This document shows positions 46,401 through 54,100 of a stretch of DNA of 64,000 nt, piece after piece. Both the position numbers and the translations under genes were made by a program. The notes beneath the pieces are model-generated. The model was not told the origin of the DNA, did no database searches, and worked only from the letters and a program-made list of their open reading frames with translations. The stretch comes from a virus (lineage: Duplodnaviria; Heunggongvirae; Uroviricota; Caudoviricetes), in the IMG/VR virus record IMGVR_UViG_3300012533_000005, one strand, 5' to 3'. Each line of letters begins with the position of its first letter. Within the stretch, counting starts at the first letter, position 1.

Positions 46401-49063
46401 AAGAATATTTATCAAAAGGCAATAGCTTCTTTGATGGCGGACAAATAGAAACAAAGTATTATCTTTTATTAAAGAATAATAAACCAATATTTAGGACTAA
46501 ATTTTCAGGTTATAATATTGAAACAGAGCAGGATATGTCTGATATGCTGGATAAGTTACAGGATATGGATTATATTTTAAAGCCAGTAACAGAAGATGAA
46601 TACAAAGAATTTAAATACAGCGACATTGATAAGAAGGATTTAGCAGAATTTACTCAAAATTTTAATTATTTTAAAAAAGGCGGGGAGGTTAAGCGAGATG
46701 GGAAGATTGAATTTAGAAGAAACCGATTGCCTAGAAGGGATATTTATGAATTTGCTAAGATGGTAAAGACAAAATACCCTAAAGTTTGGGCAAAAGGCGG
46801 TAATATATTCGGTAATGAGGCATTTAATAGGCTTGATAAGGTCATTAAGCGTGGTTATTGGTTACCAAATGAGGAATGGATGCAGATTAAGTGGCAAAGC
46901 TACATAGCACGACACCATAAGGATTTTAGAATTGAAGGGGTTGTAGCTATGTTAAAATGGATAGCCACTACTGACAAAGGTTGGAGGTATATGAAGAACC
47001 TAATCAACGAAGAAATTAAAAAGCAATACCCTAATGCTGACGATAATTACAAATATGGCGGTGCAGTCGAATTACAAAAAAAAGTTTTACTAGCACCAAA
47101 TGGGAAACCAACAAATTTAACCCCCGAACAATATAAATTAGTTCGCACTCCTGAATTTAAAGCTTGGTTCGGTGATTGGGAAAAATTAGCTAATGTTATT
47201 ATCAAAGATTCTGCAATAGATGAAATTACTTTGCGTAACATTTCAAATGATGTTTCAAAGGTTGTTGATGAAAACGGAGAGCCTGTTGTCTGCTTTCACG
47301 GAAGCAATAATGATTTTAATGAGTTTAGGAGTGATGTAGGTTATTCAACCGACAAGGGATATTATGGAAAGGGATTTTATTTTACATTTAATACAAATGG
47401 AGAGTGGATGAAGTTTATGAAGGGAGAGGCAGGTTATTATGGTTCAATAGTTAAAGAGTTTTTTATTAAATCATTAAACCCTTTTGATATTAGTGAACTG
47501 TCAGAATATAAAGGTATTAAGATTAGTTATGTTGGAACTGAAACGATAGTTTTTTTGAGCAATATTGCCAAGAGATTTCCTGAACTTGCAGATAGTATTT
47601 TTTTAGAAAAGGAAAAGTGGAACGAGAAAGAACAGCTATACGATATAATAGATGTTCCTATTAGCGTATTACCCGAATTAATAAGCAAATATCAAAAGCT
47701 ATTAAAAACATTTATATTTGAAGATGGTAGGGGTAATAAGATGAAGTCGGGATATGTAAAAAGTGAAATAGTAGAATATGATTACACAAGTACTGGTGGT
47801 AAAAAAGGTTCTTATGAAAGACATGATGATTTAGGTGGGCGTTATTCAGAAGGAATAAGTGATACTGAGGTTGAAATTATGTTGATTGTAAGTGCAATAG
47901 AAAAATATGATGGCATTAAGGCAAATTATCATCCCGAAGGATATATGACAAGAAACCCTGAAATTACAAATGCTATAAAAAAGAATCATGATAGTATTAT
48001 GACAACTAAAAGTGGTGATGAAATTGTAGTTTTTGAGCCTACTCAAATAAAATTGGCTGACGGAACAAATACGACGTTTGACAGTATGAATCCTGATATA
48101 AGGTTTTCAAAAGGTGGTGGATTAGAACTTGAATTAGTTGAAACATATTACGTTAAACATGAAAATGGTAATGATTACCTTGCCTTTAATAACGAATTTG
48201 ATGGAGAGCGTAATGTTTTTCGTTTATCTAAAGATTTCGATGTCGAGTTTGGATATACTGATACTGTTGGTGTATTTATGTACACCGAAACATACATGAA
48301 GCGTATAATAGCAGAGTATTTTCGTAAAGTTTCGTTTGTTAAGTTTGGAAATTTATTTAGAAAATATATTGATGATAAATTCTCTCAAGAATATAACTTA
48401 CAAGACCTATCTAAAACATATAAATGGAGCGAGAAAGCTTCATATATAATTGGTGATGGAAGTTACTATATTAATAATCAAAAAAACTTTATTGATTTTT
48501 GTAAAGAAGCAAAAATTAAGATACCGTCATTACCTAATAAAGAAAGTGTAAAATTTGATAATGGTGGTGGAGTAGAAAATAAAAAAATAAGAGATTTTAA
48601 AGAAATAAAAAACTTTAAATACGCCTCTTTAGGTTCACAATATATTGATATGTTGGATGATAATGCTTATGCCCAAGATAAAATTAATTCTAACAGATGG
48701 TTTGATTTAGTTCAAAAAAACAATAAAAAAGGCGGATTAACAGATAAAGAATTTATTGAGCTTAAAGATTTATCTGATAAAGTGGCAAGATATGATGAAG
48801 ATATGGAAAGCGGTGGCGAATTAGGTAAACAATGCCCTGTTGGTACTAAAGTACAGACATTAATATTCTCAAAGGATGATTTTTCAGAGCAAAAGGCTAA
48901 AGATTGGGCAAAGGAACATGGATATAAATATACAGGTGTTGATGAAAAAGAAAATACATACCGAATAAGACAAGCAGACCCTAAAGATTTTGTAAAAGAC
49001 ATATTTAGAACTATCGAATTTAAAAAAGGAATTAAAGCTGTTGTAGCCTGTCCTAAAAATTAA
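43418..49063 (+). CDS. giant polyvalent protein (1881 aa) with two PARP-like H-Y-E ADP-ribosyltransferase (ART) domains, a GNAT acetyltransferase domain and recurrent GG linkers
   Basis: ART copy 1 at nt 43418-43912: VCYHGT...YFTS...GEEIVVFEPNQIKLADG, compare PARP HGS...NEYIVYD. ART copy 2 at 47087-48110: VCFHGS...GDEIVVFEPTQIKLADG. GNAT region about 44350-44700: IEVYEDYMGKGIAKKLINKA...LYSSLGFTE. At least 9 x(D/N/K)GG(G) linkers. Confidence 0.7.
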   Translation: MKLLAPNGKPSNLTPEQYRLVRTTAFKSWFGDWENDPENSSKVVDENGEPLVCYHGTRSDFNEFKRTRFGKLGEAMYFTSIEKDAIRYAKKYDGVRVIKAFLNSKNLAEISSPFAKKELPETYDGVMASKGVVGGEEIVVFEPNQIKLADGSNTTFDGSNPDIRFDDGGGIGIDVKTPIYTAIFINKDELIKKYKPVHKNIFYHHSTIEFKPQDVTDFPKGQETKVDITGRLTTDKVDVLLVNNQLSKKKNPHITLSTAEGVSPMQSDIEIEENLGNIIPLNDSINGIYDVFYGDNSKITSTDNGGNQVTLKYIKDGKELGYLNYIYDDKEPLSVGLDLHPFNFNSEMYIDFIEVYEDYMGKGIAKKLINKAISDANELGVVVVTLRRDSGLGCNYGSEYDNMLKKLYSSLGFTETWTEKDAKLSGGEKNICAMHLKVYNKYNNGGQMENEINEQEFNEAINTMIVYGKQNNRKDFIQAANFIRDFDLDNDVLIKAKYEEIKNQTKRLFEEQKKSIRESKEYKELPYNDYYHIMNDVTSYRYIEVIGRVPKDIQKIKKETKDLKGAYKKVVDDYIRSIELFVPIAIKVEKLKNKIVKKLPLTPEQKEDKAMKELRESIYESMPTINKEVLSKMVEEIKETFKPLEKIIYERETKRYHEIILKIIKDNEVYGNRLSDGLLPFYNDIFDYKTESRKSEPKIDFTGNTYYIQEHWLIDLSLKNNWKEVVSKVVLQEIEMLKYNMLYSIVSNFRKITAPIEKIEQLRLYVGEKGFEGAYKFTFKNGSSFVFQTQSISAGGYNIQKYHFRYLTHFTDIILSDGKKASSNIDIHKYFSVPDAEINPYTKIDDAPSQIEIAEIIVDAIKNGATSIDPKSIKDIKVDNDWMRRIIVSVTYMEDGIQQNQYVYLDLLSFKKSQTAAKKFLKDIDAEVYQIADSSKNNEVEKPSVDINDDSDKLKNELISVLKATYNLKDRSEKIGQKYSQANDAFKDKFGITYEEYLSKGNSFFDGGQIETKYYLLLKNNKPIFRTKFSGYNIETEQDMSDMLDKLQDMDYILKPVTEDEYKEFKYSDIDKKDLAEFTQNFNYFKKGGEVKRDGKIEFRRNRLPRRDIYEFAKMVKTKYPKVWAKGGNIFGNEAFNRLDKVIKRGYWLPNEEWMQIKWQSYIARHHKDFRIEGVVAMLKWIATTDKGWRYMKNLINEEIKKQYPNADDNYKYGGAVELQKKVLLAPNGKPTNLTPEQYKLVRTPEFKAWFGDWEKLANVIIKDSAIDEITLRNISNDVSKVVDENGEPVVCFHGSNNDFNEFRSDVGYSTDKGYYGKGFYFTFNTNGEWMKFMKGEAGYYGSIVKEFFIKSLNPFDISELSEYKGIKISYVGTETIVFLSNIAKRFPELADSIFLEKEKWNEKEQLYDIIDVPISVLPELISKYQKLLKTFIFEDGRGNKMKSGYVKSEIVEYDYTSTGGKKGSYERHDDLGGRYSEGISDTEVEIMLIVSAIEKYDGIKANYHPEGYMTRNPEITNAIKKNHDSIMTTKSGDEIVVFEPTQIKLADGTNTTFDSMNPDIRFSKGGGLELELVETYYVKHENGNDYLAFNNEFDGERNVFRLSKDFDVEFGYTDTVGVFMYTETYMKRIIAEYFRKVSFVKFGNLFRKYIDDKFSQEYNLQDLSKTYKWSEKASYIIGDGSYYINNQKNFIDFCKEAKIKIPSLPNKESVKFDNGGGVENKKIRDFKEIKNFKYASLGSQYIDMLDDNAYAQDKINSNRWFDLVQKNNKKGGLTDKEFIELKDLSDKVARYDEDMESGGELGKQCPVGTKVQTLIFSKDDFSEQKAKDWAKEHGYKYTGVDEKENTYRIRQADPKDFVKDIFRTIEFKKGIKAVVACPKN

Positions 49064-49087
49064 TATTAAAATGGATAGGGATAAAGA

Positions 49088-49477
49088 ATGATAAAAACAC
49101 TATATAATAAAGAATTAGTATATCCAAATAAAGACAACTACTATTTTAGTCATGTTATTCTTAGAAAAATAACCTATGTTTCAGAGATAGAATTGGTTGC
49201 TGGTAAAAATTATCAATTAGAGCTAAATGATGATTTTGGGAACATAGTTAGTGGATTGATTGAACATAAGTATTTAGGAGCTAAAGATAATCTTTTACAA
49301 TTTGAGGAAATTAGTGATGGTAATGTAAAAAGTATATATAAAGGCAATAGGATATACACGTATTATAAATATGATTTTGAAATGGATAATAATAGAGCTG
49401 ATTTATTTAAAATAATTGATGAAAAATTTGGATTAAGGATTCATTCTAGTGGTGAAATTAACTTTGACAGATATTAA
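49088..49477 (+). CDS. small protein of the C-terminal (D/N/S)-G-x-(I/F) family (129 aa)
   Basis: C-terminus ...IHSSGEINFDRY. Confidence 0.5.
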   Translation: MIKTLYNKELVYPNKDNYYFSHVILRKITYVSEIELVAGKNYQLELNDDFGNIVSGLIEHKYLGAKDNLLQFEEISDGNVKSIYKGNRIYTYYKYDFEMDNNRADLFKIIDEKFGLRIHSSGEINFDRY

Positions 49478-49478
49478 A

Positions 49479-49919
49479 ATGAGAAAATATTACATACCAT
49501 ATTTTAATAGTGGTCAATTAATATATCATGGTGATGAAAAAAAAATATCATCATTTATGCACCTGTTTAAATCTATTTATAAACAAAAAAATAAAATACA
49601 CTATTATGATATAGTAGTTGGTAATAGTTATATAGTGGAGCATAATAATGAATTTGAAAAAGCAACATTTAAAGGAGTTTGGTTAGGTAATGGATTTAAT
49701 ATATATACATTTGAACTTCATAGTAATTTAGAAAATATAGAAATTACGGCTACTGAAAAGTCTTTAGAAAGCGTAATGAATAGCAAGGTTTATATTGATT
49801 TGTTTTCAGATTCAGGAAATATAGGTAGTAAAAGATTTATTTTTAGACAGATAGACTCAAGTGCAAAGAGCTTTGAGTTATATATAAATTCTAATGGTAG
49901 CATAGAGGCTGTAAGATAA
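49479..49919 (+). CDS. small protein of the C-terminal NGxI family (about 146 aa; start trimmed)
   Basis: C-terminus ...YINSNGSIEAVR. Confidence 0.5.
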   Translation: MRKYYIPYFNSGQLIYHGDEKKISSFMHLFKSIYKQKNKIHYYDIVVGNSYIVEHNNEFEKATFKGVWLGNGFNIYTFELHSNLENIEITATEKSLESVMNSKVYIDLFSDSGNIGSKRFIFRQIDSSAKSFELYINSNGSIEAVR

Positions 49920-49924
49920 TTGAT

Positions 49925-50311
49925 ATGAAAAAAATAAATTTATTTATAAATAAAAATATCATTTACCATCATAAAAGAACAATGGATGTTAAATATCATG
50001 TATCTCCTGTTGTAACTAAAGATTACTATGCCGCATTGAGTTTTAAAATAGGCGAGTACTATTATTTACAAATTAGAGATAGGGATATTAAATTAAAATA
50101 TAAGTTTGTATCTCTAATTTCTCCTAATACTGGCTCATTTGAAGATGAAAATGGAAATTTATATACTTTTAAATTAATAAGTGATACATATAAATTTTAT
50201 AATAATCCGCCTTTCTTTAACACGGATGATGTTATGGGTAACTTTTTAGTATTTGGTATAGGAAATAAAGGTATTTATATTACATTAAATGGTAATATTG
50301 GTGAAATTTAA
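49925..50311 (+). CDS. small protein of the C-terminal NGxI family (128 aa)
   Basis: C-terminus ...ITLNGNIGEI. Confidence 0.5.
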   Translation: MKKINLFINKNIIYHHKRTMDVKYHVSPVVTKDYYAALSFKIGEYYYLQIRDRDIKLKYKFVSLISPNTGSFEDENGNLYTFKLISDTYKFYNNPPFFNTDDVMGNFLVFGIGNKGIYITLNGNIGEI

Positions 50312-50322
50312 TATGAATAAAA

Positions 50323-50574
50323 ATGAGTAGTAGAAAAAATCATATATCTAGCTTTAGTAATTCGAGTATTAAATTTAGTAATTATAGTCTAAGGTTTCCT
50401 CCGTCACATAGTCCTAAGACCAAATTTTGGAAAAAGGCTATTATTGTAGGTCGTTCAATGTTTGGCGTTTGGTTTGTGTCAAAAGAAGATACTTTGCAGG
50501 TATCTAAATTGGTTATTCATGGCGGTAATTCCTTTAAAATGTATGATGATGGTACTTTTTCAATAAATAAATAA
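50323..50574 (+). CDS. small protein of the C-terminal DGxF family (83 aa)
   Basis: C-terminus ...MYDDGTFSINK. Confidence 0.5.
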   Translation: MSSRKNHISSFSNSSIKFSNYSLRFPPSHSPKTKFWKKAIIVGRSMFGVWFVSKEDTLQVSKLVIHGGNSFKMYDDGTFSINK

Positions 50575-50581
50575 TATTAAA

Positions 50582-50827
50582 ATGGATAGAGAAAGCTATA
50601 TATTAGATTTATACAAGGATATTTTAACATTTGCTCCATTGAAACGTGATGGGCTAAAAATGAGTCCTTCTTTTTTTATTTATAAGGGTATGCTTACTAA
50701 ATACATTTTAATAGGAAAAGACTACAATAGGACTAATCAATTACATTTTACAACAAGACAGCAACCGAACACGAAAAGGGGTGAAACGGTTCATCTTATG
50801 GATGATGGGCAGATTTTGAGATATTAA
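50582..50827 (+). CDS. small protein of the C-terminal DGxI family (81 aa)
   Basis: C-terminus ...LMDDGQILRY. Confidence 0.5.
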   Translation: MDRESYILDLYKDILTFAPLKRDGLKMSPSFFIYKGMLTKYILIGKDYNRTNQLHFTTRQQPNTKRGETVHLMDDGQILRY

Positions 50828-50937
50828 GGCATTAATTACGTGGTTATTAATAAATTACTGCTAATAACTTGTTTGAAAAATACTAATAATAATAAGTATT
50901 TTAGTAGAAATTTTGATTAAATCAGTTTGATTAAATA

Positions 50938-51147
50938 ATGGCTGTAAAAAATTATATAAGTTTTTTTGAAAAAAATAATACACAATACATTGATTTTAAC
51001 ATAGGTAAGATTACCGCTTATGGCAAAGACCACGAATATTTTGAACTTACTGGATTTAGTAATATTAAGATTAGTAATGATAGAATAATTTTTAATGGTA
51101 AAAGATTAGTAACTATTAATGATAAAGGCGTAATAAGAGCAATTTAA
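50938..51147 (+). CDS. small protein of the C-terminal (K/D)GxI family (69 aa)
   Basis: C-terminus ...INDKGVIRAI. Also an internal IIFNGKRLVTI. Confidence 0.5.
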   Translation: MAVKNYISFFEKNNTQYIDFNIGKITAYGKDHEYFELTGFSNIKISNDRIIFNGKRLVTINDKGVIRAI

Positions 51148-51148
51148 A

Positions 51149-54100
51149 ATGGAATTAACACTACAAGACACAATAGCAAGTAAAAAGAAGCTTATAGGTA
51201 TGTATTTACCTATTCAAATAGCTATTTATGTACCAAGCACAAAGGATGCAAACGTACCTATATCAAAAGAAGAACTGCAAGGTAGGGTTGATGAAGTCCG
51301 TAAGTATTTAGCAAGTATGTTCGGTGGTTTCTCGTCTGAAGGAATGACTGGTGGCTATGTTTCTACATTCAAAGAATTAATCAAAGAAGATGTTGTTAGA
51401 GTTGTTGCTTTTTCTACAAAAGAGGCTTATGAAGATAATAAGAGAAGATTGATTACTCAAATATCAAAGTGGGCAAAGGAATGGTCGCAAGAGGCTATTG
51501 GAGTTGAATTTGAAAATGATTTGTATTATATCAATCAAGCTGAATCCTTTAAGGATGGTGGAAAAGTTGAACGTGAAGAAAGTAATTATCTTCAAGGATA
51601 TAATTTCAAGGATTACGAAGATATGATAGAAACCTTGAAAAAGGCAAAGAAAGAGAAATACGACTTAGGTGATGCTATTGATAGTCCCGAATCCCTTAAA
51701 TCAGCTATGGATAGTGCTGTGAAATTAGCAGAAAATATTAGAGATGAATATAGATATAACAACGATGGAGATAAAGTACTTGTTGTTAACGTAAAGACTT
51801 ATACGAGTGTTAGTGAAGATAAATCAATAGATTTAGCAAAGGAAGCTTTTAACCTAAATGAAGAACAAGTAGAACAATTACGAGAAGAATTTAATAGTGA
51901 GCGTGTAAATGATATAGTAAATGACTATATGGATTTACAACGTGAGGATGCAGAAGAAACTTTAAAGGATTTTATAAATCTTGAAATATGCAAAGATGAA
52001 GTTTTATTTGGTGGAAGAAGTGGCGGATATTTAATATTTCAGGAATATGACTTTTTTGATGGTAAAATAGAGCTTTTAGAGGATTATATATACACAAATT
52101 TTAATAGTATTGGTGAGTTTGAGTCAAATAGTTATGGTTCTTTTGAGCAATTCATTCAGGAGAATTTTAATGAGATTAGAGAAACTATTGGATTGATTAA
52201 CTATTATGAATTTGCTTTCGGTGTATTTGAGTCTTATGTAAAAATGTTAGTTAAGGGGACAGGTGAATATGCACAGGAAGAACTTGATTATCATGTTGAC
52301 CAATATATTGAAGAAAATATTAAAACAAAGCCTAAAAAGAAAAAAATGAAAAAAGTATCTGAAGAAACTATGGAAATGGGTGGTACTATTGATAGTGAAA
52401 GAAGATTTACCGAAGCTGATTTTAACAAGTTAGTTGATAGTAGTGATTTAAAGGGAAAATGGAATGGTTTTCTTTGGGAAATAATTAAGAAAGATGGTGG
52501 CGGTTATGTATATGGTAAGTTTAACCCGAAGTCAAAAGTTTTATTCATTACCCGTGAAAAAGACTTGACAAATCCATTAGTGCTTTGGTTACAACAAAAT
52601 TCAAAGGTTTCATTTGAGGAGTATCAAAAGCTAGGTAGTGGAGGTAATATTACTAAAAATTGGGATGAATTTGGTACTGGTGGAAGTATTGACGATGAAT
52701 TAAAAAACTTCGATATAAATAACTTAGATGCTTTTGAGCGTAAACAATACGACCATCTTATAAAACAAAGTTCAAAAGAAGAAGTATTACAAATACTAAT
52801 TAATAGTGTTGAAAGTGATTACTCTCAATTAAGCCCTGAACTTGCAGAAATAGCTGAAAAACAGAACCCTACTGGGTATAATAATGGCGGTTTAATTATT
52901 GATGAAAATTGGGGTAACGACGGCTCAACACCAAGTAATAATAAAGATTATAACGCTCTATATGAAATGTTTCCTGATAATCATGCAGAAGCAAAGGCTA
53001 TATGGAATCAATTAAGTGAAAAACAAAAAGAAGGATTTATTTATGACCTAGAGGTTACGGATGCAGCTAGTGAACATATCGCAGAGTCATGGTTAGAATT
53101 TATTAACGCATCATCACAGGAAGATTATTGGGAAAATGCAACTAATTGGGATGAAATGAAAGATGGCGGTGGAGTTGGTGAAGTAATAACCGATGTTGAT
53201 ATAGATTATTCTAAGGTACATGGAATTAAGGCTATTAAAATAAAACAAGGTAAAAATGGTGGTCATTCGGCTTTGTTTTCTTATTATACTGAAGAACCAA
53301 AGAGAGAAAAATGGGAAAAAATATCAAAATTTCAATATAATTCTTGGATGAAACAAGTAAAAAATAAGTTAGCTAATGGCGGTGGAGTTGGTGAAAGTAA
53401 ATACAAAAACGAAGATTTATTATCACAAAAAATATTTAGAATAGAGTATTTTAATTGGCTATCATCTTGGGAGCAATTTCATTTAATAAATAAATATAAT
53501 TTAGATGAAAATATTAGAACTAAATTTGATAATGGCGGTGGGGTTAGTGAGCAAAAGAATATAGCAAGGCAATTAGAAATAGTAAGATTATCGTCTATGA
53601 GTTTAGATGAACTCTTAGAAGAAGCAGGAATGACTTTAAGAGAATTTAAAGAATATCACTTAACAAGAGAAGCTTTAATAAAGGATTTGTCAGAGCCTAA
53701 CTTTTCTAATGGCGGTAAAATTAATAGTAAAAACCTAATTAAAGAACTTAAAAAAGGGTTGGTTGTTAGATTCCAAAGAGATACAATTAAGGGAGCAAGG
53801 TGGGAAACTAATTTAGATTATAAAGATGGTAAAATAATGTTTTGGCGTAGCTACTTCAACAATGAAATGGAAGAAGTTGCTGATAAAAAGAAAGAGTATG
53901 AAATGACAGAAAAACAAGCCATTGATTTATATAACAAAGATAAAGAATATATTATTGAGGAGTATTATGTGAGTGGTAATGTTGCTTTAGAGCCTTTAAA
54001 TGAAGATAAATACATATATGAAGTAGTTAAAGATGCTACCGAGCATTTAACTAATGAAAGTAAACATGATACTCAGGAAAAGTATAATAACTCTGATAAA

